A stretch of DNA of 63,136 bases, the filler included, from Octopus bimaculoides (taxonomy: Eukaryota), in assembly GCF_001194135.2 (NCBI RefSeq). It is 7 parts of 6 records of this genome, joined end to end, with 100 filler letters (N's around TTAATTAATTAA, not from the genome) between each part and the next. Parts side by side here need not be neighbours in the genome. Positions count along the whole stretch, not along the records: positions 25,981 to 30,755 come from NC_068985.1; positions 30,856 to 52,296 come from NC_068983.1; 5 more parts are not named here. One strand, written 5' to 3'. This document shows positions 25,981-36,723 of this stretch, piece after piece (position 1 is the first letter of the stretch; each line of letters starts with the position of its first letter). Both the position numbers and the translations under genes were made by a program. The notes beneath the pieces were generated by a model. That model did no database searches. It was not told the DNA's origin and was given only the letters and a program-made list of their open reading frames with translations.

Positions 25981-26787
25981 GTTTTGTCTACCTTCCTACT
26001 TATTAGGACTTTGGTTTTAGCTAGGTTGACTCTAAGGCCCTTCGATTCTAGTCCTTGCTTCCACACCTGAAACTTCTCCTCCAGTTCTGATAGTGACTCA
26101 GCAATTAGTGCAAGGTCATTAGCATAGAGGAGCTCCCAGGGGCATCCTGTCTTGAATTCCTGTGTTATTGCCTGGAGGACTATGATAAATAGGAGGGGGC
26201 TGAGGACTGAACCTTGGTGGACCCCTACCTCTACCCGGAATTCTTCACTGTACTTGTTGCCAACCCTCACCTTACTGACAGCATCTCTGTACATAGCTCG
26301 CACAGCTCTTACTAACCATTCTTCTATCTCTAGTTTTTTCATTGACCACCAGATAAGGGATCAGGGGACCCTGTCGAAGGCTTTCTCCATGTCAACGAAA
26401 GCCAGGTACAGAGGTTTATCCTTGGCTAGGTATTTCTCCTGAAGCTGTCTTACCAGAAATATAGCATCAGTGGTGCTTTTCCCTGGTACAAGCCCAAACT
26501 GCGTCTCATCTAAACTGACTCTCTCCCTAATTAATTGGGTTATGAACCTCTCCATGACTTTCATTACCTGATCTAATAACTTGATACCTCTGTAATTATT
26601 TGTATCTAAAGCATCACCTTTACCTTTGTAGCAGTTGACTATGGTACTGCTACACCAGTCATTGGGTATGACTCCTTCGTGTATCACTTGGTTAACAATA
26701 CGGGTGATTAGGCTATAGCCGACACTGCCAGATATTTTGAGCATCTCAGCAGTGATTCCTGATGGGCCAGGGGTTTTCCCTGTCTTG
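25981..26787 (-). mobile_element. RTE-clade LINE reverse transcriptase segment (inverted 5' part), pseudogenised
   Basis: TGKTPGPSGITAEMLK..NYRGIKLL..QFGLVPGKSTTDAIFLVRQLQEKY..AFVDMEKAFDRVP*..GVHQGSVLSPLLF..LLYANDLALIAES..VNLAKTK; one stop, and YADD is changed to YAND. Confidence 0.95.
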
Positions 26788-27651
26788 TTAGGGGGAAAAA
26801 CTAGTAGTTGATAGCTTCCATTACCTAAGTAACCAAGACAGTAGCGGGAGTAGATGCCCTGAAAGCAGAGCTGCTAGAATAAGAATAGCCTGGGCAAAGT
26901 TCAAAGAGCTCCTACCTTTACTGGTAACAAAAGATCTCTCACTCAGAGTAAAAGGTAGACTTTATGAGGCCTGTGTGCGAACAGCCATGCTACACCACAG
27001 TGAAACATGGGCTGTGACTGCTGAGGACATGTGCAGGCTTGAAAGAAATGAAGCTAGTATGCTCCACTAGATGTGTAATGTCAGAGTATATACACGACAA
27101 AATGTAAACACCCTGAGAGAAAAGTTGGACATAAGAAGCATCAGATGTGGTGTGCAAGAGACAATTATGCTGGTATAGTCATGTGTTGCATATGGATGAG
27201 GACAGCTGTGTGAAGAAGTGTCACACCCTGACAGTGGAGGGAACCTGTGGAAGAGGTAGACCCAAGAAGACATGAGATGAGGCGGGGAAGTACGACGGTC
27301 AACCACTGGGCATCACAGAGGCACTGACAAGCAACCAAGACCTTTGGAGATATGCTGTGCTTGAAAATACCTGGCAAGACTAGTGAGATTGTAGCCATGG
27401 CCAATGCCAGTGTTGCATAACTTGCCCGTTTAAAAGTACCCCTTCAATTGTTGGGCAATATGCTGTGCTTGAGAAGACCTGTTGAGTGAAGTGAAATTGT
27501 AGTCATGGCTGATGCTAGTGCTGCCTGGCACACATGCCGGTGGCATGTAAAAAGTACCATTTAAGCATGGTTGATGCCAGTGCCACCTACCTGGCTCCCA
27601 TGTCAGCATGGAAAGCAGACGTTAAATGAGGATGATGACGATGATGATGAT
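26788..27651 (+). mobile_element. RTE-clade LINE 3' part (ORF C-terminus, 3' UTR, (GAT)n tail)
   Basis: GEKL..VDSFHYL..RIRIAWAKFKELLPLLV..KGRLYEACVRTAMLH.SETWAV..RLERNEASML..GTCGRGRPKKT; ends GGAAAGCAGACGTTAAAT-GAGGATGATGACGATGATGATGA. Confidence 0.9.
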
Positions 27652-27676
27652 ATATATATATATATATATATATATA

Positions 27677-27828
27677 ATGGGCTTCTTTCAGTTTCCATAC
27701 GCCAAATCCATTCACCAGGCATTGGTCAGCCCAAGGCTACAGAAAAAGTCACTTGCCTAATGTGCCACACAGTGGGACTGAATCCAGAACCAAGTGATTG
27801 GGAAGCAAACTTCTTATTTCCTTATTGC
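27677..27828 (-). mobile_element. SINE family B 5' half
   Basis: Inverse of the 43299-43478 copy (GGGCTTCTTTCAGTTTCC..CAAATCCA..CACTTGCCTAATGTGCCACACAGTGGGACTGAATCC). Confidence 0.75.
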
Positions 27829-28643
27829 NNNNNNNNNNNNNNNNNNNNNNNNNNNNNNNNNNNNNNNNNNNNNNNNNNNNNNNNNNNNNNNNNNNNNNNN
27901 NNNNNNNNNNNNNNNNNNNNNNNNNNNNNNNNNNNNNNNNNNNNNNNNNNNNNNNNNNNNNNNNNNNNNNNNNNNNNNNNNNNNNNNNNNNNNNNNNNNN
28001 NNNNNNNNNNNNNNNNNNNNNNNNNNNNNNNNNNNNNNNNNNNNNNNNNNNNNNNNNNNNNNNNNNNNNNNNNNNNNNNNNNNNNNNNNNNNNNNNNNNN
28101 NNNNNNNNNNNNNNNNNNNNNNNNNNNNNNNNNNNNNNNNNNNNNNNNNNNNNNNNNNNNNNNNNNNNNNNNNNNNNNNNNNNNNNNNNNNNNNNNNNNN
28201 NNNNNNNNNNNNNNNNNNNNNNNNNNNNNNNNNNNNNNNNNNNNNNNNNNNNNNNNNNNNNNNNNNNNNNNNNNNNNNNNNNNNNNNNNNNNNNNNNNNN
28301 NNNNNNNNNNNNNNNNNNNNNNNNNNNNNNNNNNNNNNNNNNNNNNNNNNNNNNNNNNNNNNNNNNNNNNNNNNNNNNNNNNNNNNNNNNNNNNNNNNNN
28401 NNNNNNNNNNNNNNNNNNNNNNNNNNNNNNNNNNNNNNNNNNNNNNNNNNNNNNNNNNNNNNNNNNNNNNNNNNNNNNNNNNNNNNNNNNNNNNNNNNNN
28501 NNNNNNNNNNNNNNNNNNNNNNNNNNNNNNNNNNNNNNNNNNNNNNNNNNNNNNNNNNNNNNNNNNNNNNNNNNNNNNNNNNNNNNNNNNNNNNNNNNNN
28601 NNNNNNNNNNNNNNNNNNNNNNNNNNNNNNNNNNNNNNNNNNN

Positions 28644-28678
<35 letters not shown>

Positions 28679-28689
28679 TATGTATGTGT

Positions 28690-28920
28690 GTGTATGTCTT
28701 TGTGTCTGTGTTTGTCCCCTCACCACCACCATCACAGCTTAACAACCAGTATTGGTGTGTTTATGTGCCTGTAACTTAACGGTTTGGCAAAAAGAGGACA
28801 ATAGAGTAAGTACTAGGCTTCAAAAATGAGTTCTGGAGTTGATTTGTTTGACTAAAGCCCCTCAAGGACATGCTTCAGCATGGCCACAGTCAAATGACTG
28901 AAACAAGAGTAAAAGAGTAA
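28690..28920 (+). mobile_element. SINE family B 3' half
   Basis: TTTGTCCCC..CTTAACAACC..GGTGTGTTTATGTGCCTGTAACTTAACGGTTTGGCAAAA..AAGTACTAGGCTT..CAGCATGGCCACAGTCAAATGACTGAAACAAGAGTAAAAGAG. Confidence 0.8.
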
Positions 28921-29228
28921 ATATATACACATACACTCACACACATATATACATACATTTTTTTATCTACACACACACACATATACATACATTCTGTATT
29001 TGTCTAAGTACTGGGTCTATGTTGGTCTTTGAGATGTTGATAGAGTATGGATGACTGTTGCTTGTTGTTATTCACTCTCTAATGCTTGTTTAGCCTCTTT
29101 GCTATACTACTAGGATTCTACCCAGTGTATGCCAAGTTCTGTCCTTACAAACTCCTTCCATGCACATTATGCTGTAGACTACATTAGACACATAGATATG
29201 CAAAAGAATGCATACACACAAACACACA

Positions 29229-29263
<35 letters not shown>

Positions 29264-29452
29264 GGACACAACAAGGTCTGAAGCAGACAAACATGACCTC
29301 CTTAACAGACTAAGCCATTGAAAAGGTTACAAATAACAACAAAAGAGCTTTGACAAACAAAAACAGAACAAATGACTTACTGTTTAATCAAATAAAACAA
29401 TCGATTAGTTAATTGGATATTTAACCAATTGACTAATAATAAAGGAACTAGC

Positions 29453-30091
29453 TTGTCCTTTATGTTGAACTCTGTTCAACATATGTTGCATCCATTTTGC
29501 AGTCTGAGTTTCATCAAGTACATCCATAGATAAAGTTGTGTCTCACTAAAGATCTTGAGTGTCGGCTGCCATGTTGTTATATGCCTGTCTAGTTAGGGAA
29601 TGAATAAAATAAACAAGGCTGCAGGAATGCAAAAATTCAAATATGAACAATGCACCAAAATTTACTGGAAATAGCAGTCGATAATATATGATGCTATAGT
29701 AAAGCTTCACTGTATATATATATATACTAGCAAAAATGTTAGCAGGTGGCGAACATAAAAGATTTCATCTTACCTGTAGGAAGAATATTAAATAAATGTA
29801 CAACCCAGATGTGGATAATCTAGGACCTGGGTTTTGAACTTCCCAAATTATGTTAATGTAAATCTGATTAATTCTCATCAGTTAGACAAAATATCAAATG
29901 TTGCTACATCAATGCCGGTATTTACTCGTCTGAAATGTCTGGCCATTAACAGACTGAGAACAGTGAAAAACGCACCATCAGGTTAAAGTATAAATAAAAT
30001 AGTGGCACAACAATGCACCAATATTTACTGGAAATAACAGTCAATAATATATAACGCTATAGTAAAGTTTCAATGTATATCTATATTTATA

Positions 30092-30133
<42 letters not shown>

Positions 30134-30590
30134 TATACACATATAGACAAGTGTGTGAATGGGCATATGCATGTGAGAGAGTGTATCTATGAACATGTGT
30201 AGGATATATATGTGCGTGTGCATCTCTGTGTGTCTCTATGTGTGTACACAAAACTGTTTGACTAAGTATTCATTGCCCTGTTCTCTTTTTTTTCTTTCTT
30301 CTCTTCTACTTTCGTTTTTCTCTATGCAGTTATGAAAGTGAAAGCTGATGAGGTCAGGTTATCTAAACAGGAATGCAAGTTTTCCACATTCATATTTGAA
30401 TTTTTGCATTTGTGTAGTCTTGTTTGCATTTTATTCATTCCCTAACTAGATGGGCGAAAACCAACATAGCAGCTAACACTCAAGATCTTTAGTGAGATAC
30501 AATTTTATCTATGGATGTACCTGATAAGCCCTAGACTACAAAACGGATGCAACACAATATGCTGAACAGAGACCAACACATAAAGGACAA
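29453..30590. repeat. Long imperfect inverted repeat (arms 29453-29647 and 30389-30590) with an internal ~75-bp direct repeat
   Basis: Arms share e.g. GTACATCCATAGATAAA(G/A)TTGT(G/A)TCTCACTAAAGATCTTGAGTGT and TCTAGTTAGGGAATGAATAAAAT..AATGCAAAAATTCAAATATGAA. Direct repeat AACAATGCACCAA.ATTTACTGGAAATA.CAGTC.ATAATATAT at ~29646 and ~30009. Confidence 0.8.
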
Positions 30591-30714
30591 TATCAGGACG
30601 GGTTGAAACAAACATTGTACAGAATAAAGTTTAATACCAAATCCATCTTCTTGTTACTTAATATAATTACATATACAATATATGCATACATATATACTTA
30701 TATATATATATGTA

Positions 30715-30755
<41 letters not shown>

Positions 30756-30855
30756 NNNNNNNNNNNNNNNNNNNNNNNNNNNNNNNNNNNNNNNNNNNNT
30801 TAATTAATTAANNNNNNNNNNNNNNNNNNNNNNNNNNNNNNNNNNNNNNNNNNNN

Positions 30856-31423
30856 CTCAGTCGATGGTATGCCACGCCATGTTTTGGATGTGCGGAAGAT
30901 TGTCAGTGCTTCAGAGGATGGAACCAGCTGCAGTGGGCAGGATGATGAAGACAGCAGCAGTAGGCAAGATGATGAAGGCAGCGCGCCAGGAACTCAGGCC
31001 AGTCCCGGGGTCGCACAGCGACCACAGAGGGAGCGGTACCCTCCTCCCTGGTTGGCTGATTATGAAACCAATTAAGGTAGTTCGGGAGCGAGGAGTGAGT
31101 GGGAGAGCCGGTTGAATGATCTATAGATCAGGGGGGGCGTGTGGTGTTATGGGCTGTGATGAGCTGTGTGTTGTGGTGGAGAGAGGTGAAACAAACAGAG
31201 GTGAAGCCAGACCGGAAGGGCCAGACTGGAAGGGTCAGATTGGAAGTCGGCGACACGCGGTCGAAGGCTAGCACGTGGAGTCAGTCAGAAAACAGAGAGG
31301 TTACGAGAAAGACGTGTTCTGATCAGGAGCGATCGTGTATTCCGCTGCGGTCGACACGGTAAGGTCCAACGTTTCATTCTGTCCTTTTGCTTCTTGTTGT
31401 CTTTCTTCCTCCATCACACCACA
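30856..31423 (+). mobile_element. Gypsy-type LTR retrotransposon 3' end: integrase C-terminus, PPT and 284-bp 3' LTR (31140-31423)
   Basis: VDGMPRHVLDVRKI...QRPQRERYPPPWLADYETN*; polypurine tract AGGGGGGG immediately before TGTGGTGT; the LTR ends ACACCACA (TG..CA with 8-bp perfect inverted termini). Confidence 0.85.
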
Positions 31424-31430
31424 ATATGTA

Positions 31431-31516
31431 TATATAAAAGAGACCACCAGGTGGACGGCTAATGTGTGATATTCTTCTAACACACTAGCCGTCCACCTAG
31501 TGGTCTCCTTTATATA
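31431..31516. repeat. 86-bp hairpin (about 36-bp arms, 12-nt loop) flanked by TA repeats
   Basis: ATATAAAAGAGACCACCAGGTGGACGGCTAATGTGT versus the inverse of the right arm, ATATAAAGGAGACCACTAGGTGGACGGCTAGTGTGT (3 mismatches). Confidence 0.9.
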
Positions 31517-31529
31517 TATATTTATATAT

Positions 31530-31560
<31 letters not shown>

Positions 31561-31562
31561 TA

Positions 31563-32482
31563 CTAGACAGCCCATGACCCGTTGGGTCACTGACGTTTCA
31601 GGTTATACTTCATTGAAGCTGCATTGAACATTGCTTTGAAATGAAGGAAATTATTCATACTTGTCTTAATTTTTCCTTTTCCTTTCACGTTCTGACGTCG
31701 GAAGGAATAGTTTCTCGTTTTGACTCTGTTATAGTTTGTTCGCAAGAATGCTTTTGATGACAACATTCTTAGTTGACTGGGTAACCTTCAGAAACACTCT
31801 GACATTTACCTTTCGTTTTCCGCGGCTAAGGGCCACATACAGTTGACCCCGTTGGAATACAGGTCGTTCCAGATAAATCAAGACGTTGTCCATTGTTTGT
31901 CCTTGTGCTTTATGAATTGTTATAGCAAAGCATGATTGAACTGGGAATTGGCTTCGCTGTAAAGGGATTTCCTCACCTTCGGATTAATTGTTATTCTTGG
32001 TCTCATAACGATCTCATTCCTGAAAGCGGCAGTGTTGATTCTCGCTACTATGAGATTGTCGTGCAGTTCTTCCACGATCATACGCGTTTCATTACAAAAC
32101 CTTGGAGGATTCAAGCTTCTCGTTAGAATTATCGACGATCTATTTTTCATTTCTATTCCTGATAGTTCAACCGAACCAAGGAATTGAGTTGGAAAATGAG
32201 TGGCATTGGCACCATCACTCACAGAATTATAGGATCGGTACTCTTTTATGATTCCAGGGAAGCGTCAGATAATTGATGCTTCTCATCATTTGATTGAAAG
32301 GCACGAAGATGCATTTATTCTAAAACGCTTCACCTGGATTGTCAAATGAGGGGTACATGAGGTCAATGCATTCTTCTATAGTTGTTGCTTGGGGAACAAT
32401 CTAAGAACGCTTGCAGAAAGAAATATATCGTGTTCATGTCAGAATAAATGAAAGAAATATGAGTTTAAAAAATAAAAACGCT

Positions 32483-32536
<54 letters not shown>

Positions 32537-33055
32537 TAGAAGAAAATCTGAACCCTTTTTTGTAGCTGAATTGACGAAATGAAACTAATATGAGTTAAAT
32601 AAGAACGCTTGTAGAAAGAAAGTGTTTTTGAAACAAAACGAAANNNNNNNNNNNNNNNNNNNNNNNNNNNNNNNNNNNNNNNNNNNNNNNNNNNNNNNNN
32701 NNNNNNNNNNNNNNNNNNNNNNNNNNNNNNNNNNNNNNNNNNNNNNNNNNNNNNNNNNNNNNNNNNNNNNNNNNNNNNNNNNNNNNNNNNNNNNNNNNNN
32801 NNNNNNNNNGAGAGAAATAAAAGGGCAAGGACTCCCTGTTCAGTTGTCTGCTCGGAATTTTGTGGGAACTTTCGCCCAGAAACAATACGTATCTCGGAAA
32901 CCTGTGGTCCGGTTTACTTGAAACCTTTTTTAACCTGTTTCTGTTCATATTTCAGGGGTACTTTACTTTCAAAGTATTTTCCCATTATGCGCCGGTTTGG
33001 CTGAGTAACATTCCAAGCAACGAAGGAAGATTGAAGTTCCTTTTTAATAGTATAT
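31563..33055 (-). mobile_element. Internally deleted Helitron retaining the PIF1 helicase C-terminus
   Basis: 3' terminus: hairpin TGACCC-AAC-GGGTCA, then 8 nt, then CTAG|T at 31563. Coding remnant FPTQFLGSVELSG..LTRSLNPPRFCNETRMIV..PRI..ITIHKAQGQTMDNVLIYLERPVFQRGQLYVALSR. The putative 5' end ..TATACTATTAAAAAGG near 33050 is less certain. Confidence 0.8.
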
Positions 33056-33119
33056 ATATATATATATATATATAACCGGAAGGCACAAGTACATATATAT
33101 TTTTTCTTTTTTTTTCTTT

Positions 33120-33705
33120 TTAGTTTCAGCTCAGAGTAGAGTCTTAGCTGTTTCAGCTTTTCCCAGTAGCTGAGCTGTTGCAACGAGATGATATTCTTTG
33201 TGAAGCTTCGCTGGATTGCTTCAAGGTTTGCTGTTAATATTACACTGTTGGTTGACCATAGCTGGGAGCAGTAATGCAGGCGACTGAAGATGAATGTCCT
33301 CCAGAAGATCATCATGGTTTCCTTCTCTGTAGTTCTGAACGTTCTCTGGATCCATCTAGCCAGTCGTCTGCACTTTGTAGCCATCCTAGTAATGTGCACT
33401 TGGAAAGAGGTATCATCACTCATATCAATACCCAGGTCCCTTACTGATTTAGGATCTGGGATTGTAATCCCCTGTGGACTAGTGTACCCTATAAGTTATA
33501 TATTCAGTTTTGAACGCTAGTAGCGCAGGGATTGGAAATTTTTAGCATAAAACTGCATACTATTGTACTCAGCCCAACTCCTGCTAGAGGTGTGCAACAT
33601 CGCTGGGTTCTGTATTTTCTGCAAGACTTTCGTATCGTCTGCGTAGCTAGCAAGGGTGGCTACCCGGGAAGCTGAGGGCATATCTGAGAGAGACACTATG
33701 AAAAG
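33120..33705 (-). mobile_element. CR1-group LINE RT fragment
   Basis: ASYADDTKVLQKI..WAEYNSMQF..VRDLG..MSDDTSFQVHI..SRLHYCSQLWS..LEAIQRSFTKNI..LSYWEKLKQLRLYS. Confidence 0.85.
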
Positions 33706-34770
33706 CATATATGTATGTATGTATGTGGCTTGTGTGTTTTCTCGTCTACGTTTTGTTTGCAATGTCCTGTACCCAGATATGCACCTATACATACAGGTGG
33801 ATGTCGGTATGCACATACCTGTACGTATATATGCATATACTCATTTACTATTAGTTTTTACATGACTGTAAGTAGTTTCCGTAACTTCATATTTTCCGAC
33901 GCTACTCTATCTCTTTCTCTTTCTCTTCCTCTATCATTTTCCCCCTCTCGTTCTTCCTCTTTACTACTACGTATCTCGCTTTACCCCTTTCGTTCTTCCT
34001 CTGTTACTACTACGTATCTCCCCCCNNNNNNNNNNNNNNNNNNNNNNNNNNNNNNNNNNNNNNNNNNNNNNNNNNNNNNNNNNNNNNNNNNNNNNNNNNN
34101 NNNNNNNNNNNNNNNNNNNNNNNNNNNNNNNNNNNNNNNNNNNNNNNNNNNNNNNNNNNNNNNNNNNNNNNNNNNNNNNNNNNNNNNNNNNNNNNNNNNN
34201 NNNNNNNNNNNNNNNNNNNNNNNNNNNNNNNNNNNNNNNNNNNNNNNNNNNNNNNNNNNNNNNNNNNNNNNNNNNNNNNNNNNNNNNNNNNNNNNNNNNN
34301 NNNNNNNNNNNNNNNNNNNNNNNNNNNNNNNNNNNNNNNNNNNNNNNNNNNNNNNNNNNNNNNNNNNNNNNNNNNNNNNNNNNNNNNNNNNNNNNNNNNN
34401 NNNNNNNNNNNNNNNNNNNNNNNNNNNNNNNNNNNNNNNNNNNNNNNNNNNNNNNNNNNNNNNNNNNNNNNNNNNNNNNNNNNNNNNNNNNNNNNNNNNN
34501 NNNNNNNNNNNNNNNNNNNNNNNNNNNNNNNNNNNNNNNNNNNNNNNNNNNNNNNNNNNNNNNNNNNNNNNNNNNNNNNNNNNNNNNNNNNNNNNNNNNN
34601 NNNNNNNNNNNNNNNNNNNNNNNNNNNNNNNNNNNNNNNNNNNNNNNNNNNNNNNNNNNNNNNNNNNNNNNNNNNNNNNNNNNNNNNNNNNNNNNNNNNN
34701 NNNNNNNNNNNNNNNNNNNNNNNNNNNNNNNNNNNNNNNNNNNNNNNNNNNNNNNNNNNNNNNNNNNNNN

Positions 34771-34821
<51 letters not shown>

Positions 34822-35599
34822 GTATGTATCCATATGTGTATGTATATATGTATATATGTATATATGTGTATGTACGTATGTATGTATGTGTGTATGTACG
34901 TATGTATGTATTATAAAGTGGAGAGACTGTGTGTGTAAGTATGACTGTACATGATGTATGTATCTATCTACATACCTCCCATTGTCTGTGTAAGATTTTT
35001 CGAATATTTTGTAGTTGTGTAACTCAGAATTTCAAAGATATGGAAAAAAAACTATTTTAGCCACATTGCAAATAAACATTAAAATAACTTTGCTTTAATA
35101 TAATTTGGTTATTTTTTTTTTACCTTAGTTGTTTGAGAAATTCAACTTCATAACTAAGACATTAAAAGTTACTGACTTAGCTGAGCTGAATTATAGTCAC
35201 AGAGAGTCTTAATATCTGGAATTATGAATATTATTTACAACTATAAGTCAGCTTCTGTTCATTCTGTTTCATTTTTTTTTTTTTTGTCATTGAATACAGT
35301 GAAAATGTTCTTTCTTATAAATATGTTGTTGGAAATCGCATTAACACTTTTAAAGCTTTTATGCTAATAGCTGTGTATTCCATTAATAATGCAAACCAAA
35401 ATTTTGTCGGTTTTACTTGTTAGAATTTTCATTTCAAGAGAAATCTATTGCAATGTCTATTTGCTTGTTCTTATTCTTCTCGTGGAAGATTTTTATGTTT
35501 AACAAGTCAACAAATGGTTTTCAACCCAAAATTGGTTTTCACTTTCAGTTGAAATATAGGCTAATATTTTGACTTAGGAAAACTTTGTGTCATAGGAAA

Positions 35600-36110
35600 A
35601 TACTAAAGTAAGCCTCACACATGGTTCCAGCAAGAAGAGGCAACTGCCCATACTGCAAGAGAAACAATGCAGTTGCTACGGCAGTGCTTTGGAGAGAGAA
35701 TGATCTCCTGCTACGGCAATATCAACTGGCCTTCACGTTCCCCAGACTTGACTAGCCCGGATTTTTTCTTGTGGGGATACCTGAAAGAGAGGGTTTACGT
35801 CAAGAAACCAGAGACCCTGATGCAACTGAAGGAGAACATAATAGAGAAATCAGAGAAGTGAGGTCTGAAACTCTTGAGGATGTTATGGTACACGTTTTGG
35901 AAAAAGCACGGGCATGCAAAGCTGAAAATGGCTGCCATTTAAGCGATGTCATTTTTCATACATAATGTAGTGATGTTGCAAAATTCGATTTGTGCATATT
36001 ATATAATTTCCATTATGTCCTTCATATTGTATCAAAATTTCATGCATTTATTTGTGAAGTTAAGGAACTTATAATAATTGAAACCCATCAGTGACTCTTG
36101 GGACACCCTG
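35600..36110 (+). mobile_element. Tc1/mariner-superfamily 3' fragment (maT/rosa-like) with right TIR
   Basis: WFQQEEATAHTARETMQLLRQCFGERMIS..WPSRSPDLTSPDFFLWGYLKERVY; ends CTCTTGGGACACCCTG|TA. Confidence 0.85.
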
Positions 36111-36487
36111 TACTTAAGTTTATTCATTTCATTTCAGACTATGAAACATTTTATATCAATAACATACTTATCAATATGAACATTGGTAGCAGGCCTCTGC
36201 ATCAATCCAAACCTGGATTGTTTCTCTACGCAATTGCAAAGCAAACAATCCAGGTTAAAATTGGAGCAGAGACCTGGACAGTTGAAACTGTGGAGACTCT
36301 ACCAAATGCAAGAATTTGCCGAATTTTCCGAGTATAAAATCTTGCTACTCGTGTCACTCAGATCCTGACATTTATACTATCTACTTATCAAACTCTGTCT
36401 TTTCTCTTCAAATTTAGTCTTGTTCAGGTGCTTCAGATCAAATCTGACTGGACGGATCTATGGTGACATCGCTCAAAATTTCATAGA

Positions 36488-36723
36488 CAGTAATCCTTCA
36501 CCATATTGCGGTTCACCTATTGTTGTTCACCTCTCTCAGTTTATTTTTTAAGCTTACGTTGATTTCTCCGTGATTTTGTTTTGCATTTATAATAAAATAG
36601 ATATATACAAATTATAAAAATAATTTTAAAATATACAGTACAGTATTGTTTCTACTTTGCGGAATTTCACCTATCGCGGGGGAATTTTGGAATGTAAAAC
36701 CTGCGATAGTCGAGGGATTGCTG
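36488..36723. mobile_element. Diverged pogo/Tigger-like MITE
   Basis: Left end CAGTAATCCTTCACCATATTGCGG versus the inverse of the right end, CAGCAATCCCTCGACTATCGCAGG; TA TSDs are not intact. Confidence 0.5.

Noticed and set aside
33940-34025. Two ~44-bp pyrimidine-rich tandem units
   Set aside because: An ordinary minisatellite truncated by a gap, with nothing further to infer.
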